Below, one piece after another: positions 1 through 7,374 of a stretch of 31,089 bases of DNA. This DNA comes from a virus (Duplodnaviria > Caudoviricetes), in IMG/VR virus record IMGVR_UViG_3300025022_000123, positions 1 to 31,089 of that record. The stretch is one strand, 5' to 3'. Numbering within the stretch: the first letter of the stretch is position 1; each line of letters begins with the position of its first letter. The notes under the pieces were generated by a model. The model did not search any database, had not been told where the DNA came from, and was given only the letters and a program-made list of their open reading frames with translations. Made by a program: the position numbers and the translations under genes.

Positions 1-1347
1 TCTAAATTAACTTATGATAATAAATTGTTAGAATATAATGTATTATTGGAAGAAAAAAACACTTTATTACAAACACTTAATTTTATATCAACTGAAATAA
101 TTATATTAGAAAAACAAAGTAAAGAAGAAAATATTTCTTGTCCTAAATGTTTATATAGTTGGCAACTTAATTATGATAGTAATAAGCATAAAGTTTATAT
201 AGAAAAGAAACAAACTATATTAGATAAGATATTAATTATAGATGATAAAGTTAAAGTTATAAATAGTTTTTTAGAAGAACTTAAAAATTACTTTAGTTTA
301 TATAAAGCATATCAAAATGTTAAAACAAAATATATTAATATGTTCCAAGAATTATGGTTATTAATAGATACAAAAGAATATCTTATAAATTCTCCTAAAT
401 ATATTTTAGATATAATAATACTTGCTATAAGTGACCTAGAATCGCTTCTAACTATAGATGCTAATAAGTATAGCATTACAGAGTTAGAACACAATATAGA
501 GCTTCTTAAGACTATCCAAGACGATGATGGAATGAATATAGTAACAGATATATTTAACATCAATGAAAAGATAAAAGAAATATATGAAAATAAAGCTATA
601 AAAGAAAAAGAATTAGAAGAAGAAGAATATATACATAGAGTAAATCTTAAACTTATAGAATTACAAAATGATCTAAATAAAGAGAAAACTAAATTACATA
701 ATAATACAACTAGTATAACTATAAGTAAAATAATAGATGATATAGATATTAAATTATCTTCACTTAAAGTAGATTTAGTAACAACACAAACATTACTTAT
801 GTCTTATAATAATATATCATCTATTATAGAAAGATATAAAATAGATATAAATAGCAGTGAACATAGTATATTTGTTTTAAATTCTATTATATCAGAATTA
901 AATCCCAAATCAGGTATGATAGGTAAAATAATAAGTAATTATCTAAATAACATAATACATTATATTAATAAGATAGTAGAAAGTTTATGGGATTATAAAA
1001 TGCAAATAGAACTTTATGATTTAGATAAAGATGTATTAGATTATAAATTTAAAATAAATGTAGAAGATAAATTAAATGTAAAGGATATTTCATTAGCAAG
1101 TAGTGGTATGAAAGAAATAATAAATTTAGCTTTTAAACTATCAGTTATGAAAATGTTAAAATTAAATAAATACCCTATTTATTTAGATGAGTTTGGTGTA
1201 AGATTAGATGCTTCACATCGTAGTAAAATATATGAATTAATTTTTAAGTTTTTAAATGATGGTAATTATAGCCAGATATTTTTAATAACACATACTGATA
1301 TAAGTTTTAGTAACTTTAAAGATAGTGAAGTTTTTAAATTAAGTTAA
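1..1347 (+). CDS. sbcC: SbcC/Rad50-like SMC ATPase, C-terminal half (5'-truncated by the window)
   Basis: Frame is open from base 1. CPKC zinc-hook, long coiled coil, ABC signature ASSGM, Walker B/D-loop IYLDEFGVRLD, H-loop LITH. Confidence 0.85.
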   Translation, partial: SKLTYDNKLLEYNVLLEEKNTLLQTLNFISTEIIILEKQSKEENISCPKCLYSWQLNYDSNKHKVYIEKKQTILDKILIIDDKVKVINSFLEELKNYFSLYKAYQNVKTKYINMFQELWLLIDTKEYLINSPKYILDIIILAISDLESLLTIDANKYSITELEHNIELLKTIQDDDGMNIVTDIFNINEKIKEIYENKAIKEKELEEEEYIHRVNLKLIELQNDLNKEKTKLHNNTTSITISKIIDDIDIKLSSLKVDLVTTQTLLMSYNNISSIIERYKIDINSSEHSIFVLNSIISELNPKSGMIGKIISNYLNNIIHYINKIVESLWDYKMQIELYDLDKDVLDYKFKINVEDKLNVKDISLASSGMKEIINLAFKLSVMKMLKLNKYPIYLDEFGVRLDASHRSKIYELIFKFLNDGNYSQIFLITHTDISFSNFKDSEVFKLS

Positions 1348-1380
1348 CGCGTAACATAGTTGTGTGTATATGTATGTATA

Positions 1381-1488
1381 TGATTTTATTTTAGTTACTT
1401 ATATATATCATGTACTAGCCTATATATTACACTTGAACATATTGTTTAGGTGGTATATAAATTAACATTTCCAAGGAGAATCAAAATG
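1381..1488 (+). promoter_or_regulatory. Conserved leader repeat, copy 1 (putative early promoter + hairpin + RBS)
   Basis: TGATTTTATTT(T)AGTTACTTATATAT...TATATATTAC...TTTAGGTG...AAGGAGAATCAAAATG; near-identical to four other copies. Contains TATATTAC, the reported phiKZ early promoter motif. Confidence 0.75.
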
Positions 1489-2100
1489 AGTAAAAAACAA
1501 ACAGTGGTAGTTGCAACAAAAGAAGAACTGGTGAATATTATCAAAAATTCACCAATTGATGCTGATCTAAATTACTTAGATGTGTCAGGTATAACTGATA
1601 TGTCATTTTTGTTTGCTAACAACGAATTTACTGGTGACATTTCAAAATGGAATGTTAGTAATGTTACTAATATGAAGTTTATGTTTTATGATAGTAAATT
1701 CAATAGTGACATCTCTAAATGGGATATTTCCAATTTAACTGATATGTCTGCTATGTTTGAATGTAGTGAGTTTAATGGAGATATTTCAAAATGGAATGTT
1801 TCTAATGTAACTAATATGTATAGTATGTTCTGTGAAAGTAAATTTAATGGTAACATCTCTAAGTGGGATGTTAGTAATGTCATTAATATGGAATATATAT
1901 TTAAAAATAGCGAATTCAATGGTGACATTTCACAATGGAATGTTAATAATGTTACTAACATGGAAGCTATGTTCTATAAAAGTAATTTTACTGGAGACAT
2001 TTCGCAGTGGAATGTTTCTAATGTTACTAATATGGCATTTATGTTTACCTTTAGTGACTTTATTGGTGACATTTCTAAATGGATTAAACAACCAACTTAA
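1486..2100 (+). CDS. BspA/DUF285-type leucine-rich-repeat-like protein (204 aa, 7 Trp-containing units)
   Basis: 24-aa repeats [24 protein letters not shown]. Start moved to ATG 1486 because of RBS AAGGAG. Confidence 0.9.
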   Translation: MSKKQTVVVATKEELVNIIKNSPIDADLNYLDVSGITDMSFLFANNEFTGDISKWNVSNVTNMKFMFYDSKFNSDISKWDISNLTDMSAMFECSEFNGDISKWNVSNVTNMYSMFCESKFNGNISKWDVSNVINMEYIFKNSEFNGDISQWNVNNVTNMEAMFYKSNFTGDISQWNVSNVTNMAFMFTFSDFIGDISKWIKQPT

Positions 2101-2142
2101 TATACATGATGGATGATTAATACCCTTTACCATGCATGTGTT

Positions 2143-2183
2143 AAATAATCACTACACCTAAAAAGTGTAGTGGTTATTTTTTT
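2143..2183 (+). terminator. Rho-independent terminator, cassette 1
   Basis: AATAATCACTACAC-CTAAAAA-GTGTAGTGGTTATT followed by a T run. Confidence 0.85.
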
Positions 2184-2190
2184 ATGCGTT

Positions 2191-2297
2191 TGATTTTATT
2201 TCAGTTACTTATATATAACATGTACTAGCTTATATATTACATCTAACATATTGTTTAGGTGATATATATGTTAGAAATCTCAAGGAGAATAAAAATG
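2191..2297 (+). promoter_or_regulatory. Conserved leader repeat, copy 2
   Basis: TGATTTTATTTCAGTTACTTATATATAACATGTACTAGCTTATATATTAC...AAGGAGAATAAAAATG. Confidence 0.75.
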
Positions 2298-2909
2298 AAC
2301 ACAAAACAAAAAGTAGTAGTTGCAACAAAAGAAGAACTGATGAATATTATTAAAAGTTCACCAGTTGATGCTGATCTAAATTACATTGATGTGTCAGGTA
2401 TAACCGACATGTCATATTTATTTACTAACAGTGAATTTACTGGGGATATTTCAAAATGGAATGTTAGTAATGTAATTTGCATGGAATATATGTTTTATGG
2501 TAGTAAATTCAATAGTGACATATCTAAATGGAATGTTTCTAATGTAACAAATATGGCAGCTATGTTTGAATGTAGCGAGTTTAATGGAGATATTTCAAAA
2601 TGGAATGTTTCTAATGTAACTAATATGTATAGTATGTTCTATGATAGTAAATTTAATGGAGACATATCTAACTGGGATGTTAGTAATGTATTAAATATGT
2701 CGCACATGTTTGAATATAGTAAATTCAATAAAGATATATCCAATTGGAATGTATCTAATGTAACCAATATGTCATATATGTTTTATTACAGTGAGTTTAA
2801 TAAAGATATATCCAGTTGGAATGTATCTAATGCCATTAATATGACTAGTATGTTTAACTTTAGTAGTTTTAATGGAGACATTTCTAAATGGGTAAAACAA
2901 CCAACTTAA
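2295..2909 (+). CDS. BspA/DUF285 repeat protein (204 aa, 7 units)
   Basis: Same N-terminus ([15 protein letters not shown]), 24-aa repeats, C-terminus KWVKQPT, RBS AAGGAG. Confidence 0.9.
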   Translation: MNTKQKVVVATKEELMNIIKSSPVDADLNYIDVSGITDMSYLFTNSEFTGDISKWNVSNVICMEYMFYGSKFNSDISKWNVSNVTNMAAMFECSEFNGDISKWNVSNVTNMYSMFYDSKFNGDISNWDVSNVLNMSHMFEYSKFNKDISNWNVSNVTNMSYMFYYSEFNKDISSWNVSNAINMTSMFNFSSFNGDISKWVKQPT

Positions 2910-2949
2910 TATACATGATGGATGATTAATACCCTTTACCTAGATATGT

Positions 2950-2991
2950 AAAATAACCACTACATCTAAAAAGTGTAGTGGTTATTTTTTT
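2950..2991 (+). terminator. Rho-independent terminator, cassette 2
   Basis: AAATAACCACTACAT-CTAAAAA-GTGTAGTGGTTATTT + T run. Confidence 0.85.
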
Positions 2992-2998
2992 ATGCATT

Positions 2999-3106
2999 TG
3001 ATTTTATTTTAGTTACATATATATAACATGTACTAACTTATGTATTACATCTGAGCATATCGTTTAGGTGGTATATAGGTTAACATTTTTAAGGAGAAAC
3101 AAAATG
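2999..3106 (+). promoter_or_regulatory. Conserved leader repeat, copy 3
   Basis: Same motif, hairpin at 3034-3082, RBS AAGGAG. Confidence 0.75.
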
Positions 3107-3577
3107 AACACAAAACAAACAGTAGTAGTTGCAACAAAAGAAGAACTGGTGAATATTATCAAAAATTCACCAATTGATGCTGACCTAAATTACCTTGATG
3201 TATCAAATATAACTGATATGTCAAGTTTGTTTGCTCATAGTAAATTTAATGGAGACATTTCTAAATGGGATGTTTCTAATGTAACTGATATGTCTAGCAT
3301 GTTTGAATATAGTAATTTTAATGGTGATATTTCAAAATGGAATGTATCTAGTGTAACAGATATGTTTAATATGTTTAATAACAGTAAATTTAATGGAGAC
3401 ATTTCAAAATGGGATGTATCTAGTGTAATTTATATGTCTAATATGTTTCAGCATAGTAAATTCAATGGTGATATTTCGTATTGGAATGTGTCTAATGTCA
3501 CTAACATGGAATATATGTTTTATAATAATACTATTTTTAAAGGAAATATTTCAAAATGGGTAAAACAACCAACTTAA
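3104..3577 (+). CDS. BspA/DUF285 repeat protein (157 aa, 5 units)
   Basis: 24-aa repeats; N- and C-termini shared with the paralogues. Confidence 0.9.
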   Translation: MNTKQTVVVATKEELVNIIKNSPIDADLNYLDVSNITDMSSLFAHSKFNGDISKWDVSNVTDMSSMFEYSNFNGDISKWNVSSVTDMFNMFNNSKFNGDISKWDVSSVIYMSNMFQHSKFNGDISYWNVSNVTNMEYMFYNNTIFKGNISKWVKQPT

Positions 3578-3617
3578 TATACATGGTAGATAATTAATAC
3601 CCTTTACCTAGATATGT

Positions 3618-3659
3618 AAAATAACCACTACATTTTTTAGGTGTAGTGGTTATTTTTTT
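3618..3659 (+). terminator. Rho-independent terminator, cassette 3
   Basis: AAATAACCACTACAT-TTTTTAG-GTGTAGTGGTTATTT + T run. Confidence 0.85.
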
Positions 3660-3666
3660 GTGTATT

Positions 3667-3773
3667 GGATAAAGTTTCAGTTACTTATATATAACATGTA
3701 CTAACCTATGTATTACATCTAACATATCGTTTAGGTGATATGTAGGTTAATCTTTCTAAGGAGAATCAAAATG
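3667..3773 (+). promoter_or_regulatory. Conserved leader repeat, copy 4
   Basis: TTTCAGTTACTTATATATAACATGTACTAACCTATGTATTAC...GGTTAATCTTTCTAAGGAGAATCAAAATG. Confidence 0.75.
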
Positions 3774-4169
3774 AACACAAAACAAACAGTGGTGGTTGCA
3801 ACAAAAGAAGAACTAATGGAAATTATTAAAAGTTCAAAGGTTAATGCTAATCTAAATTATCTTGATGTGTCAGATATAACTGACATGTCAGATTTGTTTG
3901 CTAATAGTAAGTTTAATGGTAATATTTCTAAATGGGATGTTAGTAATGTTGAAGATATGGAATATATGTTTTATAACAGTAAGTTCAATAGTGACATTTC
4001 ACAATGGAATGTTAATAATGTTACTAACATGGAAGCTATGTTCTATAAAAGTAATTTTACTGGAGACATTTCGCAGTGGAATGTAGCTAATGTTACTAAT
4101 ATGGCATTTATGTTTAACTTTAGTAGTTTTAATGGCGACATTTCTAAGTGGGTTAAACAACCAACTTAG
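3771..4169 (+). CDS. BspA/DUF285 repeat protein (132 aa, 4 units)
   Basis: 24-aa repeats, shared termini, RBS AAGGAG. Confidence 0.9.
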   Translation: MNTKQTVVVATKEELMEIIKSSKVNANLNYLDVSDITDMSDLFANSKFNGNISKWDVSNVEDMEYMFYNSKFNSDISQWNVNNVTNMEAMFYKSNFTGDISQWNVANVTNMAFMFNFSSFNGDISKWVKQPT

Positions 4170-4212
4170 ATCGTGTAATAATATATAGATTAAAAATACT
4201 TAAGGAAAAAAA

Positions 4213-4464
4213 ATGTCTATAGCTATTTTAAAAATAACACAAGAAGAAGCAAAAAATAAATTAAAAGTTGCAAACAATGCAGCCATTAATAACGATGGTG
4301 TAAATAAACTTATTGTGATTGTAAAAGAAATAAGAACAAATTTCCCAACCATAGAAAGAGGATTATTAAAAGAAGTAAAATATTCAGTTGAAATATTAAA
4401 AAGTTTTGGGTATGCATTTAATTTGAGATCAAAAAATCCAAACAAATGGATAACCAAAAACTAA
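4213..4464 (+). CDS. Hypothetical basic protein (83 aa)
   Basis: ATG preceded by AAGGA; fills the gap between cassette 4 and the tRNAs; no recognisable motif. Confidence 0.6.
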   Translation: MSIAILKITQEEAKNKLKVANNAAINNDGVNKLIVIVKEIRTNFPTIERGLLKEVKYSVEILKSFGYAFNLRSKNPNKWITKN

Positions 4465-4536
4465 TGCTATCATTATTATTATGTAAAGGGTAAATAAAAC
4501 TTTATTTAATTAGGTAATAATGTGGTAGAAAAATAA

Positions 4537-4622
4537 GCGAGTATGGTGAAATTGGTAGACACAAGGGACTTAAAATCCCTCGGCCAAAAGCTGTGCCAGT
4601 TCGACTCTGGCTACTCGCACCA
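4537..4622 (+). tRNA. tRNA-Leu (TAA)
   Basis: Acceptor GCGAGTA/TACTCGC, anticodon arm AGGGA-CTTAAAA-TCCCT, long variable arm, GTTCGA T-loop, encoded CCA. Confidence 0.95.
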
Positions 4623-4628
4623 AACAAT

Positions 4629-4704
4629 TCCTTAATAGCTCAGTTGGTAGAGCGACGGACTGTTAATCCGCAGGTCCCTGGTTCAAGTCCAGGTTGAGGA
4701 GCCA
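4629..4704 (+). tRNA. tRNA-Asn (GTT)
   Basis: Acceptor TCCTTAA/TTGAGGA, anticodon loop CTGTTAA, GGTTCAAGTCC, GCCA end. Confidence 0.95.
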
Positions 4705-4726
4705 TTATGTGTAAAAAAGTTTAAAA

Positions 4727-4803
4727 GGGTCTGTAGCTCAGCTGGTTAGAGCAGTGGACTCATAATCCATTGGTCCTCGGTTCAAGTCCGAGCAGACCCA
4801 CCA
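4727..4803 (+). tRNA. tRNA with CAT anticodon, most likely tRNA-Ile2 (lysidine-modified, reads AUA)
   Basis: Acceptor GGGTCTG/CAGACCC, loop CTCATAA, body resembles bacterial ileX-type tRNA. Paired G1-C72 and no triple G-C anticodon stem, so not an initiator. Confidence 0.85.
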
Positions 4804-4808
4804 ATTTA

Positions 4809-4883
4809 GCCCTCTTAGTTAAATGGATATAACTAGGGATTTCTACTCCCTTATTGGCAGTTCGATTCTGTCAGAGGGTACCA
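4809..4883 (+). tRNA. tRNA-Arg (TCT)
   Basis: Acceptor GCCCTCT/AGAGGGT, anticodon arm AGGGA-TTTCTAC-TCCCT, GTTCGATTC, CCA. Confidence 0.92.
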
Positions 4884-4892
4884 GTTTGAATT

Positions 4893-4944
4893 AAAAATAT
4901 AACAAACACATTGGTAATATACCTTTGTGTTTGTTATATTTTTT
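4893..4944 (+). terminator. Terminator after the tRNA cluster
   Basis: AAAAATATAACAAACACA / TGTGTTTGTTATATTTTT inverted repeat. Confidence 0.75.
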
Positions 4945-4964
4945 AAATAAAAAGGAGAAACATT

Positions 4965-5501
4965 ATGTCTTATTTATTAACAAATGTATTTTCATATACA
5001 TTAGTATTTTTAGTATTATTTTTACATATTACAATTGTGGGTAATGATAATTTAAATACTGAAATTATATTTTTTAAAAATAAACCAATTGTGAAAAAAT
5101 TACCAATTGACCAATCATTAAATAAAATAAATGATATAGCTTTTACACTGTTTGCTGAAGATAGATCTAATATTAAAGGTATGAAATATATTTTAAGTGT
5201 AATTTTAAATAGATCTAAAAACCATAAATTAAATACAATGCATAAAATTGTATTAGCTAAATATCAGTTTAGTTGTTGGCATAAAGGTAAAAAAGTTAGA
5301 CAAACAAATAAAAATATAGATAAAAAAATGTATGCCAAAGCTATTACTCTTGTTAAACTTGCTATAAATGGAAAATTTAAACCTTTAACTACTGCTACTC
5401 ATTATTATAATCCTAATAAAGTTATTGCTAAATGGGACAACGGTTCTTTTAAAGAAGTAGCTATTATTAATGATCATAAATTTCTTGTAGCTGTAAATTA
5501 A
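4965..5501 (+). CDS. SleB/CwlJ-like cell wall hydrolase (Hydrolase_2) with N-terminal hydrophobic anchor
   Basis: TLFAEDR (catalytic Glu), VILNR, YQFSCW, ATHYYNP, INDHKF motifs; RBS AAGGAG. Confidence 0.85.
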   Translation: MSYLLTNVFSYTLVFLVLFLHITIVGNDNLNTEIIFFKNKPIVKKLPIDQSLNKINDIAFTLFAEDRSNIKGMKYILSVILNRSKNHKLNTMHKIVLAKYQFSCWHKGKKVRQTNKNIDKKMYAKAITLVKLAINGKFKPLTTATHYYNPNKVIAKWDNGSFKEVAIINDHKFLVAVN

Positions 5502-5507
5502 AACTTT

Positions 5508-5549
5508 AAAAATACCTCACTGCTATTTAAGCAATGAGGTATTTTTTTT
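5508..5549. terminator. Bidirectional terminator between convergent genes
   Basis: AAAAATACCTCA...TGAGGTATTTTT. Confidence 0.8.
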
Positions 5550-7010
5550 TTATTCTTTAACTATATTAATTTGTTTAATAAAGAAATCAACTAAATATTC
5601 TATAATACTATATAAACCAGCTTCTTCAGGAGTCATCTTATCATTTATTTTAAGTAATTTATTCATATTACTAAGAATATAATATGCATTACTATAATAG
5701 AATCTAACATTAGCTACTAAATATAAACATAATTCATCTATATTATCTGCAGTATCTAAATCAATAGTTTTAATATATGCGTCATACATACCTTTAACTA
5801 CTGCATTATAATCAGATATAGAATTAATAACTTCTTTTTCTTCTTCACCAGCTGCATCTAATTGAGAAAAGAAAAGATTATTAATTATAGTTTTAAATGT
5901 AATAAGTTTAGTATTACTTATAGTAACAGAATATGCACTTCTAACATTTAACCATATATTAGTATAGTAATCTTTACCATCAATTAATTTAGTAGTAGTT
6001 ATGTCATAGTTATTAGTTTTGGCTATAAAACCAAATAAAGCTTCTATACCACAACCTGATTCTGCTAATTCATTGAATGATTCTTCATATACATATAAAT
6101 CATAGTTTTTAGTGTTACCAATAATGATAGACACATTAGTCGCAGAATTAGTAGTAAGTAATTGTTTATTCCTAATAGTTTTTTCATACTGTTCTACTGT
6201 TTGATATAAATTAGCAGCATGAATATTTCTGTTATTAGCGGCCTTTACCCTTAATTGTAACATAGTATTATTAAGATTAAGATCAGTTCTAATAGATAGA
6301 TTTCTATAAAATAAATAATTAGCTAAATTATAATTAAGAAGAGTTGGAATATCCATTGCATATTCTTGTTGTTCATTAACTATATAATTAAGAATAACTG
6401 ATGGACCTATTTCATCTAACCATGATTTAATATATGTATCATAATCAACATTATCTGTAAGTAAATATGTTGATACATCAAAACCTTCTGTTAATGTATT
6501 TGTGTTAAATACATCTTTAACATTATTGGTAATTTCTTTATATTGCGATAACTCTGTATCAATTAACGGACTTCTAAATACACTAGGTAATTTATAATAA
6601 TGAACATTAAAAAAGTCTTCTGGTTGTTTTTCTTTATAATTATCTAATGCAGAAATAATAGATTCATGTAATTCTTTTACTGCTACATTAACTACAGTTT
6701 TAGCATATTTAATATGTCCAGTAACTAATGTAGATAATTTATTTGTATAATCTTCCATAATAGCATCATGTGACGACATCGCATATGACTTTTCACCATT
6801 AGCACCAATTACATAATTACCACCACTCATAGTTTGTATCTGATCAATTACACCTTCATCAGATGAAATTGATATAGGACCATTATATCTTTGTACAGAT
6901 AAACATAATTCCTGCAATGCTGTAGCATTTAAAAAATCTAATTTAATATTAGCAGTAACTAAATCTTTTGCAAAAGCTTCAGATACTTTAATCGTATTTT
7001 TAGTTAACAT
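5550..7010 (-). CDS. Jumbo-phage hypothetical/virion protein (possibly phiKZ gp177-like)
   Basis: 486-aa ORF with RBS AAGGA; family assignment from recalled N-terminal resemblance only. Confidence 0.5.
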   Translation of the reverse strand: MLTKNTIKVSEAFAKDLVTANIKLDFLNATALQELCLSVQRYNGPISISSDEGVIDQIQTMSGGNYVIGANGEKSYAMSSHDAIMEDYTNKLSTLVTGHIKYAKTVVNVAVKELHESIISALDNYKEKQPEDFFNVHYYKLPSVFRSPLIDTELSQYKEITNNVKDVFNTNTLTEGFDVSTYLLTDNVDYDTYIKSWLDEIGPSVILNYIVNEQQEYAMDIPTLLNYNLANYLFYRNLSIRTDLNLNNTMLQLRVKAANNRNIHAANLYQTVEQYEKTIRNKQLLTTNSATNVSIIIGNTKNYDLYVYEESFNELAESGCGIEALFGFIAKTNNYDITTTKLIDGKDYYTNIWLNVRSAYSVTISNTKLITFKTIINNLFFSQLDAAGEEEKEVINSISDYNAVVKGMYDAYIKTIDLDTADNIDELCLYLVANVRFYYSNAYYILSNMNKLLKINDKMTPEEAGLYSIIEYLVDFFIKQINIVKE

Positions 7011-7023
7011 AATTATTTTCCTT

Positions 7024-7296
7024 TTAAGCTAAAAGCTTTTTCTTTAAACTGTTAACAATAGATAAATCAATTATATTTTTTGTTAACGATTGATTATTTA
7101 TTACATCAGCAATGTCTACACCTGCACATTTTTTGATTACGGAACTAATTACTTCAACAGTATTAGCAATAACAATAGTATTATTAAGAATTTTATCACG
7201 ATTTATGTTATCAGCAATAGATTGAAGATTGCTATTTACATTTTGATTATTATTATCCACAGGTAGTTGCTCCATAATTATTATTAAAAAATACAC
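7024..7296 (-). CDS. Hypothetical protein (start may be ATG at 7275)
   Basis: ORF directly upstream of and co-oriented with 5550-7010. Confidence 0.6.
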   Translation of the reverse strand: MYFLIIIMEQLPVDNNNQNVNSNLQSIADNINRDKILNNTIVIANTVEVISSVIKKCAGVDIADVINNQSLTKNIIDLSIVNSLKKKLLA

Positions 7297-7374
7297 TCAA
7301 AGAATATATGAAGACTGTATTATAATTTTTTTATTTTTTTGTTACATAACTTGAATGTGAAAAGGAAAAACTAA

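Noticed and set aside
1360-1382. Alternating TG/TA run before leader copy 1
   Set aside because: Short low-complexity stretch not conserved in the other copies.
1450-1485. GTG starts 12 codons upstream of the ATG in all five leader-bearing ORFs (also 2259, 3068, 3735, 19753)
   Set aside because: The GTG lies in the repeated hairpin without a Shine-Dalgarno, while AAGGAG is well spaced before the ATG. The shared extension just reflects the repeated leader.
1686-2133. Alternative-frame and antisense ORFs over the DUF285 genes (also 3898-4086, 7503-8145)
   Set aside because: Shadows of the 72-nt repeat periodicity; no RBS.
1381-4169. CRISPR array or integron attC cassette array
   Set aside because: The units are whole genes with promoters and terminators, not 25-45-bp repeats with spacers. 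The hairpin ends match RYYYAAC/GTTRRRY only loosely, and no cas or integrase gene is in the window.
4835-4851. Possible CTA amber-suppressor anticodon in the fourth tRNA
   Set aside because: The 5-bp stem AGGGA/TCCCT leaves loop TTTCTAC with central anticodon TCT (Arg). ORFs are intact under the standard code.
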